Positions 11,178-20,028 of a stretch of 64,000 bases of DNA are shown here, piece by piece. Source of the DNA: an uncultured Acidobacteriota bacterium (GTDB lineage: Bacteria > Acidobacteriota > Vicinamibacteria > Vicinamibacterales > UBA8438); assembly GCA_913043225.1 (NCBI GenBank), contig CAJWLU010000010.1:1-64000 (forward strand). Reading direction: 5' to 3'. Each line of letters begins with the position of its first letter. The stretch's first letter is position 1. Below the pieces are notes generated by a model. It was not told the DNA's origin. It made no database searches and saw only the letters and a list, made by a program, of their open reading frames with translations. The position numbers and the translations under genes are program-made.

Positions 11178-12767
11178 ATGCGCAGGTCCCGCAGTTGGCT
11201 CGCAATGAGCCTATTCGTGGCGCTGGTCGGGAGTGTAACGAGGGTCGGCGCCCAGCCTCCAGACCACCATACGTTGGCCGAGATTCGTGACGAAGGGCTC
11301 CGCCGCTCGCAGGTCATGGACCACATCGGCTGGCTCTCGGACGTCTACGGTCCCCGGGTCACCGGCACCCCCGCGATCGAGGCGGCTGGCGCCTGGGCCC
11401 GGCAGGTCCTTGAGGACTGGGGGCTGGAGGTGCGCACCGAGCGGTTTAGGTTCGGCCACGGCTGGTCGCTGGTGCGATTTCACGCCCACATGGTCGAGCC
11501 ACAGGTGATGCCGATCATCGGGTTCCCGCGGTCCTGGTCATCCAGTACCGACGGTACGGTGACCGCCGAAGTCGTGCGGATCGATATCCGTACGGGGGAG
11601 GATCTCGAGCGGCTGCGAGGCACCCTGGCCGGCAAGATCGTGCTCCCGCAAACAGCGCGCGAGGTGCCGATGCTCGAAGGGAACGTTGTGCTCCGTATGT
11701 CGGAAGCGCAGCTCGCCGATGCGAGCCGCACCCAGGTGCCGCCCCCCGCGCCCCCCCGGCGCGCGTCCGCCTCAGCGGCTCGGACTTTCGCGGCGCAGGT
11801 GCAGCAGTTCTATCGCGACGAGGGCGTGGTCGCGATCCTCGACCGCGGTAGCGACGACGTGACCGTTGGCGCCGGGAGCAATCTGCCCATTCGCACGCAG
11901 CGGACCGACGGCGGAACGATCTTCGTAGGCAGCGGCGGTCCCCGTGACGATCGGGCGGGTTCCCAGGTGCCCGCCGTGACCATTGCCGTCGAGCACTACA
12001 ACCGTATGGTCCGGCTGCTCGATAAGGGAATCTCGGTCAGCGTCGAGCTACACGTCGAGACCGAGTTCCATCCTGAAGCGTCCGCCCCTGAATCCCAAAA
12101 CGCATTCAACCTTCTCGCCGAGCTTCCGGGTACGGATCTGGCGGATGAAGTGGTGTTGATCGGGGCCCACTTCGATACGACGCACGCCGGGACCGGGGCG
12201 ACCGACAACGCGGCCGGGGTCGCCGCCATGATGGAGGTCATGCGGATCCTTAAGGCCATTGGGGCAGAGCCGCGGCGGACGATCCGGCTGGCGCTCTGGG
12301 GGGGGGAGGAGCAAGGGCTGCTCGGGTCCCGGGAGTACGTCAGGCGGCACTATGCCAACCGCGATGCCCTGCGTCCGGATCATGCGCGGCTGTCGGCGTA
12401 CTACAACATCGACAACGGTGCCGGCCGCTTACGGGGCATCTGGCTCCAGGGCAACTCGGCGGCCGCTGCCGTGTTCGAGGACTGGATTGTGTCGATGCGA
12501 GACCTCGGCGTGACGACTATGGGACCGCGCAGCGTGTCGGGCACCGACCACGTGCCCTTCGATGCGGTGGGCCTGCCCGGTTTTCAGTTCATCCAGGATC
12601 GTCTCGAGTACAACTCTCGGACGCACCACAGCAACATGGATGTCGTCGATCGGGTCCAGCGTGAGGACGCTGTCCAGATGGCCGTGGTGGCCGCCATTTT
12701 TGCCTACAACACTGCCATGCGTGATGACCTGATCCCGCGCAAGCCCGCACCTGTCTCTTCTCGTTGA
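11178..12767 (+). CDS. M28 family metallopeptidase (carboxypeptidase Q-like), secreted
   Basis: GAHFD, GATDNAAG, GEEQGLLGS, TDH, HH; SD AGGAGG. Confidence 0.9.
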   Translation: MRRSRSWLAMSLFVALVGSVTRVGAQPPDHHTLAEIRDEGLRRSQVMDHIGWLSDVYGPRVTGTPAIEAAGAWARQVLEDWGLEVRTERFRFGHGWSLVRFHAHMVEPQVMPIIGFPRSWSSSTDGTVTAEVVRIDIRTGEDLERLRGTLAGKIVLPQTAREVPMLEGNVVLRMSEAQLADASRTQVPPPAPPRRASASAARTFAAQVQQFYRDEGVVAILDRGSDDVTVGAGSNLPIRTQRTDGGTIFVGSGGPRDDRAGSQVPAVTIAVEHYNRMVRLLDKGISVSVELHVETEFHPEASAPESQNAFNLLAELPGTDLADEVVLIGAHFDTTHAGTGATDNAAGVAAMMEVMRILKAIGAEPRRTIRLALWGGEEQGLLGSREYVRRHYANRDALRPDHARLSAYYNIDNGAGRLRGIWLQGNSAAAAVFEDWIVSMRDLGVTTMGPRSVSGTDHVPFDAVGLPGFQFIQDRLEYNSRTHHSNMDVVDRVQREDAVQMAVVAAIFAYNTAMRDDLIPRKPAPVSSR

Positions 12768-14041
12768 CCGGGGGCGCTCGCGTGACGAATCGGACCGGAA
12801 GGTCACGACTTTTCTACGGGTGGGTCATCGTGCCGGTGGCCGGACTCTGCTACGGGTTCGGGATGTCGCCCGTGTTCTACAGTTGGAGCATCTTCGCCCC
12901 CAGGATGGTCGCCGACCTGGGTGTGGATCGCGGGGACATCGGCGGCGTCTTCGGCCTGTTTAACGTGCTCTACCAGCTGGTCGGATTGCTGGTCGGTCTG
13001 GCGATTGTCCGTATCGGGCTTCGTACGGTCATGGCGGTCGGGTTCTGCACGACCGCGCTGGGGCTGTTTCTGCTCTCTCGGGCCGAGACGGTCGCCGACA
13101 GTTATCTCGGCTTCTCGCTGCTCGCCGGTATCGGCATCGGCTTTTCCACCATCGTTCCGGCTCAAACCCTGGGGCAAAACTGGTTCTTGCGTCGGCGTGC
13201 CCTCGTCATCGGCATCATTTTCGCGGTTGGCGGTCTAGTCGGTCGTCTGGTCGCGCCCGCCGACGCCTGGGTGCTCAGGCACTACGACTGGCGGACCGGG
13301 TGGCTCCTGATCGCCGGACTGTCGCTGTTGCTGGCGCTGGTCGCAGCGCTGTTCGTGCGGGAACGTCCCGAGTCGTTGGGACAGTACCGAGATGGTGTGA
13401 CGACCTCCCAAGACGCGGCCGCTCATCGGGCGACACTAGCTGCAGAGGCGGACCGCTGGACGGCGGCCGAGGCCGTGCGCACACCGCAGTTCCTGCTCAT
13501 GCTGGTGTGTGGGGTGGCCTATGCGGTGCCCTACAACACGGTCGTGGCCCACCTGACGCTCCATCTCATCGATGTCGGGTATGCCGAGACGGCCGCCATA
13601 GGTTTCGTAGGCACCATGGCGTTGATCAGCATCGCGGGTCGTCTGGGAGGCGCCCTCGGCGACTGGGTGTCTCCGCAGCGCATGCTTGCCGTCGCCCTGG
13701 CCATCGAGGGACTGGGGGCTGGGGCGCTCCTGCTTGCCGCCGACTTTCGACTGGCGCTGCTGGCCGTCTCGCTCGTGGCCGTCGGGTTCGGTATTGCCTT
13801 TGTCAGCATTCCGGTCGTCTTCTCACACTTCTTCGGGAGACAGGCCTTTGCGGTGACGACTGGCATCCGGATGAGCTGCACCGGCGTGCTCGGAGGTCTC
13901 GGGCCGTGGCTTGCCGGGGTAGCGTTCGATAGCACGGGCAGCTACGCCGTATCGTTTCTTGGGCTGCTGGTGGTCGGGGCGGCTGGCAGCCTGTGTGCCT
14001 TCGTGATGCGTCACCCGGGTCCGCCGCCCCGGCCGGCCTAA
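12764..14041 (+). CDS. MFS transporter (OFA/MCT-like)
   Basis: About 12 TM segments, FYGWVIV, NWFLRRRA, GALGDW. Confidence 0.85.
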   Translation: MTGGARVTNRTGRSRLFYGWVIVPVAGLCYGFGMSPVFYSWSIFAPRMVADLGVDRGDIGGVFGLFNVLYQLVGLLVGLAIVRIGLRTVMAVGFCTTALGLFLLSRAETVADSYLGFSLLAGIGIGFSTIVPAQTLGQNWFLRRRALVIGIIFAVGGLVGRLVAPADAWVLRHYDWRTGWLLIAGLSLLLALVAALFVRERPESLGQYRDGVTTSQDAAAHRATLAAEADRWTAAEAVRTPQFLLMLVCGVAYAVPYNTVVAHLTLHLIDVGYAETAAIGFVGTMALISIAGRLGGALGDWVSPQRMLAVALAIEGLGAGALLLAADFRLALLAVSLVAVGFGIAFVSIPVVFSHFFGRQAFAVTTGIRMSCTGVLGGLGPWLAGVAFDSTGSYAVSFLGLLVVGAAGSLCAFVMRHPGPPPRPA

Positions 14042-14103
14042 CCTCCCACCGCTTCACGACTCCCCGCTCTGTCGACGTCGTCGGACCGTGTAGGGTAGTC
14101 GTC

Positions 14104-15780
14104 ATGGCGAACCGCTCACTTCCGCACCCACCCCTTTGTCATTCGACGGCTGGCATCACCCGGAGGACGTTCCTCCGGTCCTCGGCCGCCGCCGGCGCCA
14201 TGGCCGGGGTGGGGCCGCTCGCCTGCAGTCCCCCGCCGGCGCAGGCCACAGTGCAGGTCCAGACTGGCGACTTCCCGCTCGAGGAACTTGGCGTGGCGGC
14301 GCTCGGCACAGCGATGGCGGCGGGCGAATGGACTTCGCGCCAGGTGGTCGACGCCTACCTCCAGCGGATCGACCAAATGAATGAGGCTGGTCCTGCCCTT
14401 CGCGCCATCATCGAGGTTAATCCCGAGGCCAGCGCGCAGGCCGATCAGCTCGACCGGGAGCGTCGCGCGGGAATGATCCGGGGGCCGCTCCACGGGGTGC
14501 CGGTTGTTCTGAAGGACAACATCGACACCGCGGATCAGATGACGACCACCGCCGGCTCGCTTGCGCTGCAGGGGTGGCTGGCACCACGGGACGCGGGACT
14601 GGTCGAGCGGCTCCGGGCTGGGGGAGCACTGATCTTGGCGAAGGCAAACCTTAGCGAGTGGGCCAACTTCCGCTCCACCCGTTCCTCCAGCGGCTGGAGC
14701 GGGCGAGGCGGCCAGTGCCGGAATCCCTATGTGCTCGATCGCAATCCGTGCGGATCGAGCTCCGGGTCTGGGGTGGTCGTTTCGGCCAATCTGTCCATGC
14801 TCGCGGTCGGGACGGAGACCGACGGGTCGATCGTCTGCCCGGCCTCGGCCAACGGTGTGGTTGGAGTTAAGCCGACGGTGGGGCTCGTGAGCCGCTCCGG
14901 CGTGATCCCGATTTCGGAGAGCCAGGACACCGCGGGGCCGATGGCCCGGACGGTGGCTGATGCGGCGGTGCTGCTCGGGGTCCTCGCCGGCGTCGACCCC
15001 CGTGACCCTGCCACGGAGGAGGCCGGCGATCGCGGACTCGCCGACTACACCGGCTTCCTCGATGCTGACGGGGCCCGAGGCATGCGTATCGGTGTCGCGC
15101 GCCGGTTCCTCGGGTTCCATGAGGAGGTCGACCGGGTGGTGGAGTCGGCCATTGCCGTACTGCGGGACCTGGGCGCGGTCGTGGTCGATCCGGTGGACCT
15201 CGGCGCGACTGGCGGTTCCGGGATGTCGCTGGGCGCCGCCGAGACCGAAGTGCTGCTCTTCGAATTCAAGACAGGGCTCAACGCGTATCTGTCGGCCCGT
15301 CCGCTGGAGGCGGAGGTACGTTCGCTCACCGAGCTGATTGCCTTCAACCAGCGGCACGCCGATGAGGAGATGCCATATTTCGGTCAGGAACGGTTGTTGG
15401 AGGCGGAGGCCCGTGGGCCGCAGTCTGATCCGCGCTATCTCACGGCGCTGGCCACCGCCCGCAGACTCGCTCGCGACGAAGGCATCGATCGGACGATGGA
15501 CGAGCACCGCCTCGACGCCATCCTTGGGGCGACCGGCGGCCCAGCGTGGACGACCGATCTCGTCAACGGTGATCACTTTGGCGGAAGCAGTTCGGTCTAT
15601 CCCGCCGTCGCTGGCTATCCGAACATCAGCGTGCCGGCCGGGGCCGTGCACGGGCTTCCGGTAGGAGTGTCGTTCTTCGGCCGGGCCTGGAGCGAACCGC
15701 TCCTGATCCGGATCGCCTACGGGTTCGAGCAGGCCACCCGGGCGCGCCGGGTCCCGGAGCTGCGCCCCAGCCTGACTTAA
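14104..15780 (+). CDS. Amidase signature family enzyme with Tat signal
   Basis: TRRTFL, LKDNI, GSSSGS, GTETDGSI. Confidence 0.9.
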   Translation: MANRSLPHPPLCHSTAGITRRTFLRSSAAAGAMAGVGPLACSPPPAQATVQVQTGDFPLEELGVAALGTAMAAGEWTSRQVVDAYLQRIDQMNEAGPALRAIIEVNPEASAQADQLDRERRAGMIRGPLHGVPVVLKDNIDTADQMTTTAGSLALQGWLAPRDAGLVERLRAGGALILAKANLSEWANFRSTRSSSGWSGRGGQCRNPYVLDRNPCGSSSGSGVVVSANLSMLAVGTETDGSIVCPASANGVVGVKPTVGLVSRSGVIPISESQDTAGPMARTVADAAVLLGVLAGVDPRDPATEEAGDRGLADYTGFLDADGARGMRIGVARRFLGFHEEVDRVVESAIAVLRDLGAVVVDPVDLGATGGSGMSLGAAETEVLLFEFKTGLNAYLSARPLEAEVRSLTELIAFNQRHADEEMPYFGQERLLEAEARGPQSDPRYLTALATARRLARDEGIDRTMDEHRLDAILGATGGPAWTTDLVNGDHFGGSSSVYPAVAGYPNISVPAGAVHGLPVGVSFFGRAWSEPLLIRIAYGFEQATRARRVPELRPSLT

Positions 15781-15827
15781 GCATGTTGCTGCAAACCAGA
15801 CTGGTGACCCGTCTCGACGAGAAACCT

Positions 15828-18242
15828 CTAGGGTCCCGTGTCGGAGTCGTCGGACTCGGTCAGGTGGGTCGTCGCCCAGCGCAGCATTTCCGCCACGGTG
15901 TGCAGCACCGATTCCCGGGCAGCGTAGCCGTGCGATTCGTGCGGCAGGGTGACATAGCGCACCTGGACGCCATGGCCTTTCAGTGCCATGTACATCCGGG
16001 CTGACTGGATCGGAAAGGTACCGGAGTTGTTGTCGTTCTCGCCGTGGATCAGCAGGATCGGTTCGTTGATCTTGTCCGCATGAAAGAATGGCGACATCGC
16101 GGCGTAGATATCGGTGGCCTCCCAGAAGGTCCGACGCTCGTTCTGGAACCCGAACGGAGTCAGCGAGCGGTTGTAGGCGCCGCTGCGCGCGATGCCCATC
16201 TGGAATAGATCGGAGTGCGCTAGTAGGTTCGCCGTCATGAAGGCCCCGTAGCTGTGTCCGCCGATACCGATCTGGCCGCGCGTCGTCACGCCCAGTGAGA
16301 CGACGGCGTCGATAGCCGCCTCTGCGCTCGCGACGAGCTGCTCGACGTAGGTATCGTTCGCGGTTTCACCCGGACCGATGATCGGCATGGTCGGTCCATC
16401 GAAGATCGCGAAGCCCTGGGTGAGCAGGAGCAGATGAGAGGCCCCACGAATGGTGGTGAACCGGTGGTTTGACCCGCTGACCTGGCCAGCCACGCGAGGG
16501 TCGACGAACTCCCGCGGGTAGGCCCACATCACCATGGGAAGTGGCTGTCCCTCGACGTGTCCGGGCGGGAGGTAGAGGGTACCCGAGAGCTGGACCCCGT
16601 CGGCTCGCTCGTAGGTCACGAGCTGCGTCGTGACGCCTGTGAGCTGCGGCGCCGGGTCGGGGAACGTTGTCAGCGCCCGGGTGTCTCCCTCTAGTGACCG
16701 GACCACGTAATTGGGCGGCTCCGTGCTCGACTCCCGACGGGTCAAGAACGTCTGCTCATCAAGCTGCGCGACCACGCTTTCGTAGACATCCTCGGCGCTG
16801 CGAAACAGCCTGGTGGTCTCGAGGCTGTCCAGATCCAGACGATCGAAGAAGGGCCGGTCGCCGTCCGGCGAGGCTCCGGCGCCAGCCAGCCAGATGCTGC
16901 GTCCCGACTGGCGGAGGACGCTGCTGCCAGGCCGGGCGCGAGCCAGCGGCGTCCCGGGATCGGCATAGCGGTCCTGTGAGCTCCGGTCCCAGAGCGGGCG
17001 CGGCGCGGCGTTATCGCTCAGGAGCCAGGTGCGGGTCCGCCGGCTCGGGCGGTCGCTCTCTGTCAGCAGCGCCGTGCCGTCCTCGGTCCAGCGGAGCCCG
17101 GCGAAACGGAACTCAGTCGTCGCGAGCTCGCTCGCCTCTCCCGTGAACGGAGCGGACTGGGTCAATACCCGGTCGCGGGGTGACGCGTCTCGCCCGGGAT
17201 CCCCGCCATCGAGCGCCTCGACCCACACCAAGGTGTCGGGGAGGGTCGGATTCCAGTTGAATCCTCGAGGGCCGGTCGGGACGCCGCCGATCGGCACCGC
17301 GTCGGCAAGAGGAAGGCGAGCGACCCCTGCCACGATCTCGCCGCTCCGATTTCGCACGGTCACGTCGCGGGCGAAGCTGCGTGCCGGGACTAGCCACGAG
17401 TAGGGGTGCTCCACTTCCACGGTCAGGAAGTACTGACCGTTGGGCGACGCGCTCACTTGTTGAAAGAGACCCGGTTGTCCGACAGGGGTCCGTCGGCCGG
17501 TCGCGAGCTCGATGGTCGCGATCTGGCTCTCGAAGTAATACTCGAACAACGCTTCGTCGTGCGGGTTGCGCAGTAGGTCCTGGTAGGTGCGGATAGGAGC
17601 CGCTCCGCCGTCATGCTGCTGGATGTTCGGGCCGGTGGGAACGTCTGGGGCCGAAGGCGGTGACCCCCGCGCCGAACGTTTGACGAGGCAGACAACGGTC
17701 GCGTTCTCGTCGAGCCAGTCGCACGGATCGTTCCAGACGGCATTGACCGACGCATCGGTGAGTGGGCGGGCCTGGCCGGTCTCAACCTCCATCATCCAGG
17801 CTTCGATGCCGTTGTAGCGGGTAAGCAGGAAAAGCAGGCGGCTGCCGTCGGGCGAGTACTCCGGTCCGCTCAGCGACGTTTCCGGCGGGGCGTCGAACGC
17901 TTGCTCGGCGCCGTCGGCGACCCGGGTCACCGTGATGCGGTGGCCCTGGCGTTGGCTGGTCGCGTGTGGGCCGTTCGTCCTGGGGTTGATCCGGTAGCCG
18001 GCTAGCCCGAGCATTGGCTGTGCCAGTTCGGCAAGGGGAGGCATCGATCGGCGATGGAGCATGGCGACGGTCGCCCCGTTGGGGCTCACCACGGCGCCCG
18101 GGATCGGGGCCGCGTCCAGGATCTCGACGATCTCTGGCGGCGGGGTCAAGAACGCCGGCGAAGTCTGCGCCAGCCCCGGCGCGGCGACGCCGACGATTAT
18201 CGCTGAGAGCAACGGCAGACCCGGCGTTGAAGGGTGACGCAT
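15828..18242 (-). CDS. S9 family peptidase (glutamyl endopeptidase-like), secreted
   Basis: GHSYG nucleophile, HGENDNN, HESHGY; beta-propeller N-terminal region. Confidence 0.9.
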   Translation of the reverse strand: MRHPSTPGLPLLSAIIVGVAAPGLAQTSPAFLTPPPEIVEILDAAPIPGAVVSPNGATVAMLHRRSMPPLAELAQPMLGLAGYRINPRTNGPHATSQRQGHRITVTRVADGAEQAFDAPPETSLSGPEYSPDGSRLLFLLTRYNGIEAWMMEVETGQARPLTDASVNAVWNDPCDWLDENATVVCLVKRSARGSPPSAPDVPTGPNIQQHDGGAAPIRTYQDLLRNPHDEALFEYYFESQIATIELATGRRTPVGQPGLFQQVSASPNGQYFLTVEVEHPYSWLVPARSFARDVTVRNRSGEIVAGVARLPLADAVPIGGVPTGPRGFNWNPTLPDTLVWVEALDGGDPGRDASPRDRVLTQSAPFTGEASELATTEFRFAGLRWTEDGTALLTESDRPSRRTRTWLLSDNAAPRPLWDRSSQDRYADPGTPLARARPGSSVLRQSGRSIWLAGAGASPDGDRPFFDRLDLDSLETTRLFRSAEDVYESVVAQLDEQTFLTRRESSTEPPNYVVRSLEGDTRALTTFPDPAPQLTGVTTQLVTYERADGVQLSGTLYLPPGHVEGQPLPMVMWAYPREFVDPRVAGQVSGSNHRFTTIRGASHLLLLTQGFAIFDGPTMPIIGPGETANDTYVEQLVASAEAAIDAVVSLGVTTRGQIGIGGHSYGAFMTANLLAHSDLFQMGIARSGAYNRSLTPFGFQNERRTFWEATDIYAAMSPFFHADKINEPILLIHGENDNNSGTFPIQSARMYMALKGHGVQVRYVTLPHESHGYAARESVLHTVAEMLRWATTHLTESDDSDTGP

Positions 18243-18349
18243 GACGTACTCCTGACGTGAGGGGTTCCGCGATTATAATCGGGGACCGTGATCGTCGCGG
18301 TTGCCGATCGTGGCCGGCGGCTCTCCCAGTGCGGGCGCGGGTCTTTCCG

Positions 18350-18838
18350 ATGAGCTAGGTCAACCGGTTGCTGTTCTTGTGCGCTGGTAACATCTGTCGA
18401 AGCCCGCCGCCGGAGGCGTTGTTCCGTCACCTGGCCGACGGCCATCCGGCGGTCAAGCAGATCGAGGTCGGCTCCGCAGGGACGATCGCCTTAAACGGCA
18501 ATCTTTCCTGCACTAATCCGGTAGAAGTCATGCTGCCCTTCGGGCTCGAGATTTCTGGGCATCGTGCGCGGCCACTGTCGCGCCGCTTGCCTGCTGATCG
18601 TGTCCTCCCCATGGGCCGCCGGGTCGAGCGCGATGCGAAGGTGGTGCGCCTGAACGCCCAGGGTGAGATGCGCGGAGTCTTCGTCGGCACCGGCGAGGAG
18701 GTTAATCCGTACGGGCGATCGCCGTGTCGCTACAAGGCGGTCGCCGAGCAGGTCCATCGGATGGTCGGGCAGGTTACGTGGTGGCTTGAGCCAGGCCGTC
18801 CTCACGAGTCTGACCAATCCCACGAGTCCGAGGCGTAG
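18350..18838 (+). pseudogene. Degenerate low-molecular-weight protein tyrosine phosphatase
   Basis: CAGNICRS P-loop and SAGT intact, but ATG AGC TAG puts a stop at codon 3, and DPY is replaced by NPY. Confidence 0.65.
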
Positions 18839-18861
18839 CCCTGCGGGCGCCAGGTGCCGAC

Positions 18862-20028
18862 ATGTTTTCGGCTCGCGTGCCGCCGCTGGGGTCGAGTCGG
18901 GTGGCTCGCGTCGTGGCCAGGCTACGCGCTGGCGGCGGACCGCTACTCGACCTGACTACCTCGAATCCAACGACGGTCGGCCTGACCTACCCCCCGGACC
19001 TCCTCGGGAGCCTCGACGTCCCCGACGGACTTGTCTACCGACCGCATCCGCGCGGCCACCTGGAGGCTCGCCGATCGGTGGCGGACGACCTGGCCAGCCG
19101 GGGTGTCGAGGTGTCTCCGGAGCGGATCGTGCTCACCGCGAGCACCAGTGAGTCGTATGCGGTGCTCTTCAAGCTGCTGTGTGACCCGGGAGACCTCGCG
19201 CTGGTGCCACAACCCAGCTACCCGCTCTTTGACTATCTATCCCGTCTCGAGGGGGTCGTGTCGAGCCCGTATCAACTCGAGTACTACGGTCGCTGGCGTG
19301 TGGACCTGGACAGTGTCGAGCGGGGTCTCGAGCCAAGGGTCAGGGCCCTCCTCATGGTTAATCCCAATAATCCCACCGGGTCCTGGATGGCGGCTGACGA
19401 CCTAGCCAGGGTTCGGGAGCTCGCGCTTCGGCAGGACGTGGCGCTCGTGAGCGACGAGGTGTTCGATCGCTACACCTGGGATCCGGCGGTTGCCGATCGA
19501 GCCGGTGGTCTGGTCAACGACCCCGATCTCCTGACTTTCACGCTGGGGGGACTGTCGAAGGCGGTGGGGTTACCGCAGGTCAAGTTGGGCTGGATGGTGG
19601 TCGGTGGCCCCGATCGCCTGGTCCGGCGGGCCCTCGAGCGGCTGGATTTCATCTGCGACAGTTTTCTCTCGGTCTCGACCTCCGTCCAACTGGCCGCGGG
19701 AACGCTGCTCAGGGCGGGGCGTCCCGTCGCGGACCAGATCCGGGCTAGGGTCAGGGATAACCTCGGTTTCCTCGATGAGGCGGTCGCCCGGTACCCGGGT
19801 ATCCAGCGCCTGCGGGCCGAGGGCGGGTGGTACGCTGTACTGCAGGTACCGACACTCGGTTCAGAAGAGGCGCTCGTGCTCGGGCTGCTCGAGGAGGACG
19901 GTGTGCTCGTGCACCCGGGCTACTTTTATGATTTCCCCCGCGAGTCGTTCCTGATTCTGAGTTTGCTCTCGCCGACGGAGGAGTTTCGGGACGCCGTTGC
20001 CCGCGTCCTGCCCAGAGCGTCCGGATGA
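18862..20028 (+). CDS. PLP-dependent aminotransferase class I/II
   Basis: NPNNPTG, SDEVF, GLSKAVG, VHPGYFY. Confidence 0.9.
   Translation: MFSARVPPLGSSRVARVVARLRAGGGPLLDLTTSNPTTVGLTYPPDLLGSLDVPDGLVYRPHPRGHLEARRSVADDLASRGVEVSPERIVLTASTSESYAVLFKLLCDPGDLALVPQPSYPLFDYLSRLEGVVSSPYQLEYYGRWRVDLDSVERGLEPRVRALLMVNPNNPTGSWMAADDLARVRELALRQDVALVSDEVFDRYTWDPAVADRAGGLVNDPDLLTFTLGGLSKAVGLPQVKLGWMVVGGPDRLVRRALERLDFICDSFLSVSTSVQLAAGTLLRAGRPVADQIRARVRDNLGFLDEAVARYPGIQRLRAEGGWYAVLQVPTLGSEEALVLGLLEEDGVLVHPGYFYDFPRESFLILSLLSPTEEFRDAVARVLPRASG

Noticed and set aside
12298..12306. G9 run in the M28 peptidase as a phase-variation site
   Set aside because: In frame and encodes the conserved WGGEE motif.
14116..15651. 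Long antisense ORFs (e.g. 14116-15651, 50236-51204, 55663-56877)
   Set aside because: They lie opposite well-supported genes, as expected in high-GC DNA, and show no family motifs.
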